Of a stretch of 64,000 nt of DNA, positions 40,821 through 50,515 are shown piece by piece (the first letter of the stretch is position 1; each line of letters opens with the position of its first letter). The stretch comes from Promethearchaeia archaeon. Lineage in GTDB: Archaea; Asgardarchaeota; Lokiarchaeia; Sigyniarchaeales; SOKP01. Both the position numbers and the translations under genes were made by a program. Below the pieces are notes generated by a model. That model ran no database searches. It was not told the DNA's origin and saw only the letters and a program-made list of their open reading frames with translations. The DNA lies in NCBI GenBank assembly GCA_029856155.1, contig JAHQWL010000081.1, positions 32,001 through 96,000 on the forward strand, read 5' to 3'.

Positions 40821-42737
40821 ATGGTTTCATTCTTTCCGTGCAAAAAGTGCGGTTCAGGACTTCCGGTGATCAAAGGATCAGCAGCCCAGTGTCCTTATTG
40901 TGGGGCAAGGACGTTATATATGGAGTCATTATATTCCCTCAAATATTATTTAACTGAAATTCTAAACCTTGCGTTATTTAAAACTGAAAAAGCAGTCAAA
41001 AATTCGGAACTTGAGAGAAGAAAATCTTTAATTGACTCTTATTTTTATAGTCTTAATTCTGATTTTAATGAATATAGGCATTTAATTATTACTAAACTAG
41101 ATAATATAGACATTAACACTATAAAATTATTCAATTCAATACGCTCTGCAGGCAATTTTGGGATAATTATTGAGGAATTTTTAATACCCCATATAAAAGA
41201 TAATAAAATCAAAAGAAAGTATGAAGAATTCAGAGATCTCTCATATATTATTAATAAATCATTATTAGGATTATATTATAGTTATTTGGCAAAGAATTCC
41301 TTATATCTTGAAAAATGTGCCAACTACTACCAATTTGCTGAGATAAATTATCAGAATATAGTAGATTATTGTAATATCATAAACCTAGAAAATAACAGAT
41401 TTAAAATCTATGCGAAAAAAGATATCTATATAATTCTTTCTGAATTTGCTGCAATATTGAGAGGGATTCTAAATAGAAATCCAAAATATTATTCTGACAA
41501 GTTAGAAGATTTGCTTGAGAAATTAATTAAAATCAAAGCAGATGATTTTCAGAAATTCAATTTGTATACACAAATAGAAAATATCTATCAATTGGAGCGT
41601 AATACAAGCGTAGTATTAGAAAAAGTAAAAATTGATTGTCCACTGTTATCTACAGATACTTTAGAAGAAAATATAATATTCAATAAAGAAGAAAATCTTG
41701 AGAAACTAAATAGTGTTGGTAATTGGATAAAAAATGTATCTGAAAGATATCAAAAATATCAAAGAAGCCTACTAAAATTACATTCTGGTAAATTAATTAA
41801 ATATTTAGAATCTTACCGTGCAGAATTCATTAATTATAAGAATAAAAATGTTACTAAATTAAATAACTTATTAGAAGCTATGATAACAAAGGCTTTTGAT
41901 GCCTATAACTCTGAAGCTGTTGAAGTATTAAATTCTTTAAGTGATTTTTTACAAGATGATAAATTGAATGGGAAAATTTTTGAGAAATTTGAAATTGAAC
42001 ATAAAGACTTAATCCATTTAGATGAGCTCTTAAAAAATTTTATCAAGGAGATTTTCGAGAAACCTTTACCTCAAAATCTTGAATCCGAATATTACAAGAA
42101 ATTAATTTCTTTTATATTTGTTAAACATTCAGAATTTGACAAATACATCTTAAAATATATTAATCGTATGCTTCAAAGTTTTGAAGAATCGAGGAGTAAA
42201 CAAGTTCTTTCTTTAGAAGAACAAAAGAATCAATTTATATTAAATCTAAAACCTAATCTTCAAAAACTCATTAATTTAAGTTTTGATTTAACCGAAAAAA
42301 TCTTACCATACCCTATTTTCATAGATATCAAAATACAAAATAAAAAATTAAAGTTAAATCATCCAGAAATTATCACAATTATAGTCGAGAATCCTAACTT
42401 GACTGAAATAAAGGATATAAAGATTTACTTTTTTATGTCTGATTCATTTGAATCCAAGTTAGAATATACAAACATTAAAAGGTTAAAAGCTAATGAAATG
42501 ACAAAAATAAAAACTAAAATTATCCCGAAAAAAGTAGGAAACTTTCTTTATATGGTTATGGCTGAATACCAGCATAGCAATAAAACATTTTGGATGCCAT
42601 CAATAAAGCTAGAATTATTAGTTGATAAAAGCGAAGAGACCGTTAAATACAATTACTATAATTTGACAGATCCTGATATTTACCATAATGATATTGAAAC
42701 CAACATGATTTTTAAGCATATAAGAAGTCAAATTTAA
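40821..42737 (+). CDS. Hypothetical protein: Zn ribbon, helical region, C-terminal Ig-like domain
   Basis: CKKCG...CPYCG; C-terminal beta sandwich IIVENPN...IKDIKI...LKANE...IIPKKVG...AEY. Confidence 0.7.
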   Translation: MVSFFPCKKCGSGLPVIKGSAAQCPYCGARTLYMESLYSLKYYLTEILNLALFKTEKAVKNSELERRKSLIDSYFYSLNSDFNEYRHLIITKLDNIDINTIKLFNSIRSAGNFGIIIEEFLIPHIKDNKIKRKYEEFRDLSYIINKSLLGLYYSYLAKNSLYLEKCANYYQFAEINYQNIVDYCNIINLENNRFKIYAKKDIYIILSEFAAILRGILNRNPKYYSDKLEDLLEKLIKIKADDFQKFNLYTQIENIYQLERNTSVVLEKVKIDCPLLSTDTLEENIIFNKEENLEKLNSVGNWIKNVSERYQKYQRSLLKLHSGKLIKYLESYRAEFINYKNKNVTKLNNLLEAMITKAFDAYNSEAVEVLNSLSDFLQDDKLNGKIFEKFEIEHKDLIHLDELLKNFIKEIFEKPLPQNLESEYYKKLISFIFVKHSEFDKYILKYINRMLQSFEESRSKQVLSLEEQKNQFILNLKPNLQKLINLSFDLTEKILPYPIFIDIKIQNKKLKLNHPEIITIIVENPNLTEIKDIKIYFFMSDSFESKLEYTNIKRLKANEMTKIKTKIIPKKVGNFLYMVMAEYQHSNKTFWMPSIKLELLVDKSEETVKYNYYNLTDPDIYHNDIETNMIFKHIRSQI

Positions 42738-42823
42738 ACACTTAATCCATAAATTTATTTGTATGAATTTCTAATTAGAAAAGTAAAGCTTTTAGTAATT
42801 TAAAATCTTTTTGTAGTTTAATC

Positions 42824-43966
42824 ATGGACGATAAAGAAGTTCAAGATCTTAATCTTCATAATGAACAAGAAACAAGTAGATCTAAAGAAGGAATCGAATT
42901 AAATGATACTAGTTGGTTATTTTGCCCCGTTTGTGGGAAAAAAATTCCAAAAATTCATAAACTTAAATTCTGTATGAGTTGTGGAATTAATCTTGACTAC
43001 CTTAAGGAACATAGAACTTTGCAGCAAGAAAATGTAATTAATCCTTATATAAAACCTTTAAAATATCCTCAACCTTACACTCCTCCAATTTCTTATGGAC
43101 CTAAGAAAATTTCGGATGATGAAATAATTGATACGAAAAATCATGAATTATGGGGTACTACCACTTCTATTGGAGTACCTTTAGGTGCCTTTCTTTTAAT
43201 GAATTTTTTAACTGCGGGGATTTTAGTTATAATTATTTATGCTTCTTTTGATTTGGAATTATTATATGAGATCCTCTTAAATCCGTATTTTTTAATAATT
43301 AGTTCCTTCTTTGAATTAATATTTATAATAGTTCCAGTTGTATATGTGGCTAATTATCTACAAAATCCAACTTTGGAAAATAGATTAGGACTATTGGGTT
43401 TTACTACAAGGGGATTTGAAAAAAAAGGAGTATTAAAAGAGATATTAATAGGATTGGGATTTGCTGTAATCGGGGTTTTATTAGTTGGATTAGTATCTTT
43501 TTTAACTGAAATCGCTCTCGAGACACTCTTTGGGGTTGAAATAGTAAGTGATCTTGGTAGTGGTACTGGTGATGTTGAATCTATCATTTATTCCGCAGAT
43601 ATTCTAAGTTTAATTCTCTTATCTATTGTTATGATTTTAATAATTGGAACATCTGAGGAAATATTGTTTAGAGGATTCATGCAAAAGGGGTTAATGCGGA
43701 GCTTAGGAAATAAATGGGGGATTTTAATTACAGCATTTATTTTTGCTATGATTCATGTAATAGGCGTAATTTTGTTAGTGCTAGATAGTCCATTAATCCT
43801 GCTAATTTCCTTTCTCTTATCTTTTATTCCTTATTTTGCCATTTCCCTTTTAATAGGATTTATTTATTATTGGAGAAATGAAAATTTACTCGCAGTTATT
43901 ATAACTCATGGTGTATATGATGCACTTACTATCATTTTAGCTTTCTTTTTTTATAATATATTTTAG
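42824..43966 (+). CDS. CPBP (CAAX protease II/Abi) intramembrane metalloprotease with N-terminal Zn ribbon
   Basis: EEILFRG, FAMIH, THGVYD; CPVCG...CMSCG. Confidence 0.9.
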   Translation: MDDKEVQDLNLHNEQETSRSKEGIELNDTSWLFCPVCGKKIPKIHKLKFCMSCGINLDYLKEHRTLQQENVINPYIKPLKYPQPYTPPISYGPKKISDDEIIDTKNHELWGTTTSIGVPLGAFLLMNFLTAGILVIIIYASFDLELLYEILLNPYFLIISSFFELIFIIVPVVYVANYLQNPTLENRLGLLGFTTRGFEKKGVLKEILIGLGFAVIGVLLVGLVSFLTEIALETLFGVEIVSDLGSGTGDVESIIYSADILSLILLSIVMILIIGTSEEILFRGFMQKGLMRSLGNKWGILITAFIFAMIHVIGVILLVLDSPLILLISFLLSFIPYFAISLLIGFIYYWRNENLLAVIITHGVYDALTIILAFFFYNIF

Positions 43967-43987
43967 AGATGATATTCTAACCCAAAC

Positions 43988-44845
43988 ATGATATTTCAAA
44001 AATTTGAAGCAGGAGCAAAAAAAAAAAGTAGCATTATCGGTATAGGATTAGGGGCTTCTGAATATCATAACCAAAAAATCTTACAAGTAAGCCTAAATTT
44101 TTTACAAGAGTATAATTCAGAAGTTTCTTTTATTGGAAAAAAAAAAAATTTAAATAAACTTCTTGAACAAAATCCAGATTTAATTAACAATTCAAGAGTG
44201 AGCTTTATTGAAAGTGAGGATCCTGAAAATTCTATTTTTGAATTTTTAAAAAATAAGTCTCTTCAATCTATTATAAGAGGTTCTTTAAGCTCAAGCAAAT
44301 TCATCGAAAATATCAAAATTCATTTAAAGAGCGAAGATATTAATAGATTAGCATTACTGGAAACTTATAATGGTTATCAATTCTTTTACGGTCCAGTTGG
44401 TATTGATGAATGTAATAACTTAGAAAATAAAATTATCTTCCTGGAATCAGCTATAAAAGAATTAGATAAACTTGATATCAATCCTAAAATAAGCATTTTA
44501 AGCGGAGGCAGAATAGGTGATATTGGAAGAGATGCCAAGGTTGATCAAACAATACAGGAAGCAGAGAAAATTGTAGAATTTGTAAACGAAAACTATCCAA
44601 ATATTATAATATCTCACGATGAAATATTGATAGAAAAAGCAATTGAAAAAAAATCTAATTTAATTATAGCTCCTAATGGTATTTCTGGAAACTTAATTTA
44701 TCGTACATTGGTTCATTTAGGCGGAGGTAAAGCATATGGTGCTATTTATATGGGTATAGAGCCTACGATTATTGACACATCTAGAGTTGGCAACTACTCT
44801 GAAATTTATGGTGCGTTAATAATAGCTGTTGCTTTATCGAAATAA
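43988..44845 (+). CDS. mtxX: MtxX / methanogenesis marker protein 4 (phosphate acyltransferase-like)
   Basis: IRGSL, RLALLE, PVGIDE, LSGGRIGDIGR, APNGISGNLIYRTL, DTSR. Confidence 0.88.
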   Translation: MIFQKFEAGAKKKSSIIGIGLGASEYHNQKILQVSLNFLQEYNSEVSFIGKKKNLNKLLEQNPDLINNSRVSFIESEDPENSIFEFLKNKSLQSIIRGSLSSSKFIENIKIHLKSEDINRLALLETYNGYQFFYGPVGIDECNNLENKIIFLESAIKELDKLDINPKISILSGGRIGDIGRDAKVDQTIQEAEKIVEFVNENYPNIIISHDEILIEKAIEKKSNLIIAPNGISGNLIYRTLVHLGGGKAYGAIYMGIEPTIIDTSRVGNYSEIYGALIIAVALSK

Positions 44846-44896
44846 TCTAGTAATTTATTGATTTAATAAGGTAAACTTTTCACATTACCAATATAC

Positions 44897-45772
44897 TTAG
44901 TAAACATTTTTAAAATCCTTAACTAAATTTGAAAAATCCTTTTCTTCATCTGAAGCGTTTAGAAAGGCAAGATTTTCTTTTAATTCTTGAGTATTTTTTA
45001 CTCCGGGTATAGTAGTTGAGACACCAGTTTGAGAAAGGGTATAATTTAAGCATTTAATAGGAGTAATCTCCCTAGGAATCTTTTTTTTTAAATTAAACCC
45101 TCCAGATTGATATTTTGCTATATAAACAGTTCGGTTAGTTTGTAATAATTTTCCTCCAGCAAATGGTTTAATAGCTACAAGACCTATGCCTTCTTTTTTA
45201 CATGTTTTTAAAAAATTTTCTCTCCCAGGGATGCTATCATTTACAATATTAACTTGATTCATTATTATATCAAAATTACCACTTTTAACAGCTTTTTGAC
45301 CTATTGAAATACTATGAGTGCTTAACCCTATAAATTTTGCTTGACCTTCTTCCTTTAATTTTTTCGCAAGGTCTAATAATCCTCCTGGGGCTAATATTGA
45401 TTCATATTCTTTTTCTTTAACAAATTGTATATTAACAATATCAATATAGCCTTTACCAAATTTTTCAATTGTATTGATAATAGTCTGTTCACATTCTTTA
45501 ACATTGCGGGATCTTCTAACTTTTCCATCTTGATCTATTGATCCTAAGTGGCAAGTAAGGATTATATCATCTCTATGGGTTTCAATCGTAGCACTAATAT
45601 TCTCAACATACTTAGATACATTAAAAACAATATCAAAATAATTAATTCCATTCTTAATGGCTTCAGAGATCACTGAACTAACTGTTTCCTTAGGCTGGCT
45701 GAATAGATATTCAGTTCCTAAGCCGATTTCACTAACTTTTAAACCTGTTCTTCCTAATATTCGGAATTTCAT
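44897..45772 (-). CDS. Aldo/keto reductase
   Basis: LGRTGLKVSEIGLG, GINYFD, IGLSTH, KPFAGG, IPG. Confidence 0.92.
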   Translation of the reverse strand: MKFRILGRTGLKVSEIGLGTEYLFSQPKETVSSVISEAIKNGINYFDIVFNVSKYVENISATIETHRDDIILTCHLGSIDQDGKVRRSRNVKECEQTIINTIEKFGKGYIDIVNIQFVKEKEYESILAPGGLLDLAKKLKEEGQAKFIGLSTHSISIGQKAVKSGNFDIIMNQVNIVNDSIPGRENFLKTCKKEGIGLVAIKPFAGGKLLQTNRTVYIAKYQSGGFNLKKKIPREITPIKCLNYTLSQTGVSTTIPGVKNTQELKENLAFLNASDEEKDFSNLVKDFKNVY

Positions 45773-45800
45773 AAAAAAATAAGAAAAAAGTAATTAAAAA

Positions 45801-46103
45801 TTAAGTAATAATCCCAAGAGCTGCCGCGAGAAGTACAATTATTCCACCAATCCAACTTCCAAATACTAATATTAAAATCCCTATAACTACAAGGATTGCT
45901 GGAGTATAATGTATTGGTTTTACTCCTAATAAAATAGTAATAATAGCAAGAACCACCGCAATAATCTCAGTGTATATACCAAAACTCCACACTTCCAGAA
46001 ACCCAATCATATGTATTATTGTTTCTATTAGTGCAACAATTCCCCCAATTATTGCTACAGTGCACATAACTTTATCTGATTTTTGTAACTCACTCCATGG
46101 CAC
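45801..46103 (-). CDS. Small membrane protein
   Basis: 3-4 hydrophobic segments; GTG start. Confidence 0.7.
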   Translation of the reverse strand: MPWSELQKSDKVMCTVAIIGGIVALIETIIHMIGFLEVWSFGIYTEIIAVVLAIITILLGVKPIHYTPAILVVIGILILVFGSWIGGIIVLLAAALGIIT

Positions 46104-46236
46104 TTTTAAATCACTTTTATTTTTTTATGTATTTTTGATCTAAAAAATAGATTGCATCTACTTATAAAGTTTAACAAAATAAATAAGGTTCAATTAATAT
46201 ACAAGATAAGGGTTTTTTATTTGTTATAAAAAGAAA

Positions 46237-46455
46237 TTAAGAATATTTTTCAATTATATAATTTTGTAGAGAACAAACATACTTTTCAAGATTTAGGCTT
46301 AAAATCCTCTGCTCAACTTCACGAAGATATGTGACATCTAAACTATTAAATAACTCTTTCAATCTGTTAACCGTATCAAATAATTTAACAATAATATTCC
46401 AATCATTTGCCCATTCATAATCTTGAATATCTTCTAATTGTATAATTTTTCTCAC
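46237..46455 (-). CDS. Small hypothetical protein
   Basis: 72 aa, amphipathic helical, GTG start. Confidence 0.65.
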   Translation of the reverse strand: MRKIIQLEDIQDYEWANDWNIIVKLFDTVNRLKELFNSLDVTYLREVEQRILSLNLEKYVCSLQNYIIEKYS

Positions 46456-46587
46456 CCTTTTTATTTAGACTTTATAATTTTTGAGTAAATCAAGATAATT
46501 CTTAATAAAAAATGTTCAGATACTAACGGAAAAGTAATTTATAAAAGTTAGAAATTATTGAAAAGAAGTTTATAAGAATAATTAATT

Positions 46588-46621
46588 TGGGAAAGGGCAG
46601 ATTTGAATTTTCGCAACACTA
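46588..46621 (-). repeat. Degenerate copy of the tRNA-Pro 3' end plus part of its intron
   Basis: TGGGAAAGGGCAGATTTGAATTTTCGCAACACTA versus TGGGAGAGGAGGGATTTGAACTTTCGGAAGACTA (47056-47089), 27/34 identical with no gaps. Confidence 0.6.
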
Positions 46622-46751
46622 CTAAAATCTTTTCGTCATCTTCACAAAATTCACGTACACCGGGCTTTCTCTTTTCTTTAAAAATTGAGTGATTTCGAGC
46701 TTTTCAATAATAATTCTCTTTAAGACTTTTTTCTAATTATAACGCAAGATA

Positions 46752-46964
46752 TTAAATTTTTTTATTCGAAGTTCGGATAATTAAAATAATTAGAATCATA
46801 ATGACAATGAACCATTTTACTATATCTAAAAATGGGATAGTAATATATAAGAAACTAGCTAAGTCGAACATAACAATAAAAGCTAATATTATTAATAGAA
46901 TACAATCTATATTTGAACCAAAAGGTCTTTTTTCTCCTTCTTCCTTACTGGTAATATTAAACAC
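46752..46964 (-). CDS. Small 2-TM hypothetical protein
   Basis: GTG start after AGGTG; two hydrophobic helices. Confidence 0.55.
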   Translation of the reverse strand: MFNITSKEEGEKRPFGSNIDCILLIILAFIVMFDLASFLYITIPFLDIVKWFIVIMILIILIIRTSNKKI

Positions 46965-47055
46965 CTAATATTGAATAACCTTCAATTAAATTTAAGATTT
47001 TTTTAAATTCTATCTCACTTATTTAATATATCTAAATATGCCCAAATTTCAACAA

Positions 47056-47160
47056 TGGGAGAGGAGGGATTTGAACTTTCGGAAGACTATCGATATGATT
47101 AGTCTTTCCCCGACCACTTGGCCCCCAGCCAAGTATCATACCAATCTAGACTACTCTCCC
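47056..47160 (-). tRNA. tRNA-Pro(GGG) with 31-nt non-canonical intron in the T arm (position 52/53; intron 47077-47107)
   Basis: GGGAGAG/CTCTCCC acceptor; CTTGG-CT-GGG-GG-CCAAG; BHB with helix TCGG/CCGA and bulges GGA and AAG; splicing gives GGGGG-TTCAAAT-CCCTC and a 74-nt tRNA. Confidence 0.92.
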
Positions 47161-47321
47161 ACTATAAAAAGTGTCTTTTATGCTATGTTATGAATAGTGA
47201 AAACTGGTAATTAAATCTTTTTTGCATTAATTCTAAAATTTTAAACCAATAATTTTTAAATTATTTAGAGAGTTTTTATTCTTATCATTTCTATTTGAAA
47301 CTTTATTTAAATGGTAAATTC

Positions 47322-47618
47322 ATGAGGTCAAGAAAACCTTTTTTGATATTTTGGCCGCAATATTTTGACGTAAAGAGAAGTCGGAGTAATGGTAGAAGAC
47401 TTCCCAGAAAATTCGCAATAGAAAAAGTTAATTTAGAGGAAATCGTGAATGCTGCTAAAAATTTAGGTTATACTGCTGAAATTGAGAGAAATTATAGATA
47501 TTCTAGGACGTGGTGGGACGATCCTGGTAGGATATTGGTAGATGCAAAAGGGAAGAAAAAGGCTAAAGTACTAATTGAAATTGCCAAAGAACTTAGAAAA
47601 TCACATTCAAAAACTTAA
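47322..47618 (+). CDS. srp19: Signal recognition particle protein SRP19
   Basis: WPQYFDVKRSRSNGRRLP...YSRTWW...GRILV...K. Confidence 0.93.
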   Translation: MRSRKPFLIFWPQYFDVKRSRSNGRRLPRKFAIEKVNLEEIVNAAKNLGYTAEIERNYRYSRTWWDDPGRILVDAKGKKKAKVLIEIAKELRKSHSKT

Positions 47619-47628
47619 TTTATCAATT

Positions 47629-48000
47629 ATGCATGAATTTTCCTTTGCCTATAATATTTTTAAAGTCGCTGAAGCTACAGCAATTAAATATAATGCTAAA
47701 AAAATTACAGAAGTATTACTAGAAATCGGAGAATTAACACTTATAGTTCCTGAGCTACTTCAACGATCCTTTGAAATGGCTACCAAAGGATCAATAGCAG
47801 AAGGGGCAAAATTGACTATTGCAATGACTCCAGGGAAAATTAAATGTCGAGAATGTAGTAAAACATCTGAAGTATCATTGACTCGTGAAGCACAATTGAC
47901 TGGACTTCAGCTGTTTAAATGCTCAAATTGCGGCAGTAATAACACAGAAATCATTGAAGGAAAAAAAGCTAATGTGAAAAATATTAAAATTCAAGAATAA
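47629..48000 (+). CDS. hypA: Hydrogenase maturation nickel metallochaperone HypA
   Basis: MHEFS start, IGELT, CREC...CSNCG. Confidence 0.93.
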   Translation: MHEFSFAYNIFKVAEATAIKYNAKKITEVLLEIGELTLIVPELLQRSFEMATKGSIAEGAKLTIAMTPGKIKCRECSKTSEVSLTREAQLTGLQLFKCSNCGSNNTEIIEGKKANVKNIKIQE

Positions 48001-48023
48001 TTTTAATTAAGAATATTAGAAGT

Positions 48024-48761
48024 ATGGAAGATTATAAAGATTTAAAAGCAATTTGGGAGGGAGAATTACCACTCGATCAAATTAAGTGGAGAAATAGATC
48101 TTTTAAAGAATTTCAGCTATCAAATAAGCATGAATCTAAAAAAAAATTAAATTGGGATGAGCATATGAAAGATTATCCTAATGATTATGATGGAAAATTA
48201 CTATTTTTAGATAATTTTCAGTTTAAAGACAACTATATATATTTAGATATTAGTTTTGTCAAGTTCTCTACAATAATTTTTATGGTCAAAAATAAAATCC
48301 CCGTGAAAAAAGGAATAGGAATGTTAGGGACTCAATGTCTTATATTTTCTCCAAACAAGGAATTTATTTTAGTTGGAGAACGTTCATTATCTCAAAGCTA
48401 TTATCCAGGAGCAATAGTAAATGTTGGTGGTATGTTAGAATTGGACGATTTAAAAAAAACACCTAAAGAAGCTCTTATGCGTGAAGCTTATGAGGAGACT
48501 CAATTAAATCTTAAATCTGATGCCTTTCTCAAAGCAATTCTGGTTGGATGGAACAATGTTTCTGTTACATTTCTAATATCAACAACATTAAGTTCTATAT
48601 ATAATTTTAATCCCGATGAGGAGGTTATACCTGCTGATAAAAATGAGTTTGAAGGCAATCTCCATTGGCTTTCTATTCAAGATTTAAAAAAACTACAACA
48701 AGGTAAGTATCTTGACGGTTTGTTTTATTATAAATCCAAACTTCGAAATATTTTAATCTAA
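48024..48761 (+). CDS. NUDIX hydrolase
   Basis: GGMLE...EALMREAYEETQL Nudix box. Confidence 0.85.
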   Translation: MEDYKDLKAIWEGELPLDQIKWRNRSFKEFQLSNKHESKKKLNWDEHMKDYPNDYDGKLLFLDNFQFKDNYIYLDISFVKFSTIIFMVKNKIPVKKGIGMLGTQCLIFSPNKEFILVGERSLSQSYYPGAIVNVGGMLELDDLKKTPKEALMREAYEETQLNLKSDAFLKAILVGWNNVSVTFLISTTLSSIYNFNPDEEVIPADKNEFEGNLHWLSIQDLKKLQQGKYLDGLFYYKSKLRNILI

Positions 48762-48788
48762 AATTACTATAAGGAAGATGTAAGAAAA

Positions 48789-49166
48789 TTAAACGAGAAC
48801 TCCATTCATAGTTCCCGATTGTCCTGGACGACTTGTTATTTTTGCATTGCCTAATTCAGTTTCAACAATTGCTCCTTTAGTTAAGATATGCCTTCGATTC
48901 AAATCCTTCGAAGCTAGATTGCTTTCAAATCGTAAGATTTTTACTTTTGAAGTCTTATTCGTACTTGGATCTGTTACATTAATGAACTTTGTAGAAAACA
49001 ATTTAACCTTAACATTACCACCTAAAACACGTTGTTTCTTTTTCTTTTCTTCACCGATGATAGTATCAATTCTCGGACGTTCAAGTTCTCTTTTTCTTTT
49101 CTTTCTAAAATGTCTGTATTTTTTTCCGGTGTATTTTCGTTTACTTCGAGCGTGACTTCTTGCCAT
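48789..49166 (-). CDS. rps8e: 30S ribosomal protein S8e
   Basis: RSKRKYTG...RKKRKREL; TKGAIVETELGNAKITSRPGQSG. Confidence 0.97.
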   Translation of the reverse strand: MARSHARSKRKYTGKKYRHFRKKRKRELERPRIDTIIGEEKKKKQRVLGGNVKVKLFSTKFINVTDPSTNKTSKVKILRFESNLASKDLNRRHILTKGAIVETELGNAKITSRPGQSGTMNGVLV

Positions 49167-49347
49167 GAAATAATTACCAAATTTATTCCAATTTAATAGG
49201 TAAGATAAGAAAGAATATCTTTAAAATTTTTTGATTAATATCATGAAATTATGATTTATTAAGGCAAAGTAAAAATAGAACAAATTTTTATTTATAATAT
49301 ATCATTTATTAAGCTATATATTAAAACAGACATTATTTCACAGCAAA

Positions 49348-49986
49348 ATGATGGAAAATAACAATAAATTAAACCAACTGGATCAAGAACAAATTGAGAA
49401 AATACTACAAACCGGTACAACGACAGTTGGAATAATTGTAAAAGATGGTGTAATTATTGGTACTGATTCACAAGCGACCGGTGGTACGTTTGTAGCATCC
49501 AAACAAGCCCAGAAGTTATTTGAAATAAATAGTTATACTGCGGCTACCATTGCGGGGGGTGTAGCAGACTGTCAGTACGTAGTTAATCAGTTGCGCGCCT
49601 TATCTCGACTAAAAGAAGTTGAAGAGGGAAAAGTGCCAGAACCTAAATATGTAGCTAGCATTTGTCGTAATATATTATTCAGTGGTAGAAGCTATTTCAT
49701 TGCTATGATGATTGTAGGTGGTTACTCACTGAGAGAAAAAACGGGGAAACTCTTTGGAATTGACTTACTTGGTACACTTTATGAAGAAAATGAATATCTC
49801 TCTTTTGGAAGTGGTAGTCCTTTTAGTCTTGGTGTTTTAGAATCTGAGTGGAAAGCGAATTTACCTAAAGCTAAAGGGATTGATTTATTAAAAACAGCGA
49901 TTTCAAGTTCTCGTGAAAGAGATGCGGGTTCAGGGTATGAACTGCAAATTTGTACCATTGATAAAAATGGTTTCAAACAACTCTAA
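49348..49986 (+). CDS. psmB: 20S proteasome beta subunit
   Basis: Propeptide then TG|TTTVG, DSQAT, AGGVAD, GSGS, RDAGSG. Confidence 0.95.
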   Translation: MMENNNKLNQLDQEQIEKILQTGTTTVGIIVKDGVIIGTDSQATGGTFVASKQAQKLFEINSYTAATIAGGVADCQYVVNQLRALSRLKEVEEGKVPEPKYVASICRNILFSGRSYFIAMMIVGGYSLREKTGKLFGIDLLGTLYEENEYLSFGSGSPFSLGVLESEWKANLPKAKGIDLLKTAISSSRERDAGSGYELQICTIDKNGFKQL

Positions 49987-50005
49987 TAAAATACTTTTAA
50001 TAATA

Positions 50006-50491
50006 TCAATTTTCTCTAAATTTGATTAAAATTTGTTTAAGTTCATCTAAAATATAAATAAATCCATTTAATTCTTTACTTTTAGCATCAATAATCGTCC
50101 ATATTAAATGTTTAAACTTAGTAATTCCACTTTCATAATAATTTTTCATATATGGAACATCTACACCACTTGGATAAGCATTTCCGGGATGAGAATGAAA
50201 AATACTTAAGAGTTGAAAATCTTCAGAATATTTGTTAGAAATTTCAATTAGTTTTTCATAATCATCCATTAAAAATGCGGCCGGACTTTTACGTGAAGAA
50301 TCAATACACTCAAATTTATACCCACAATAGTAATAAGCATATTCATCTTCACTATCTAGTTTTTGCTGTTCTTGGATTTTTCCAAAAATTAATCCACAAG
50401 CTTCATTAGGAGAAGCTTTCTCAACACAACGTTCTATTTCCTTAAAAAGGTTTTTATTAATAAATAGGACTATATCGTTCTCAAATTTCAT
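50006..50491 (-). CDS. JAB/MPN+ (JAMM) metalloprotease
   Basis: EACG...FHSHPGNAYPSGVD (E-x-HxH-x7-S-xx-D). Confidence 0.9.
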   Translation of the reverse strand: MKFENDIVLFINKNLFKEIERCVEKASPNEACGLIFGKIQEQQKLDSEDEYAYYYCGYKFECIDSSRKSPAAFLMDDYEKLIEISNKYSEDFQLLSIFHSHPGNAYPSGVDVPYMKNYYESGITKFKHLIWTIIDAKSKELNGFIYILDELKQILIKFREN

Positions 50492-50515
50492 GTGATATAT
50501 ATCTAACCCCCAATA

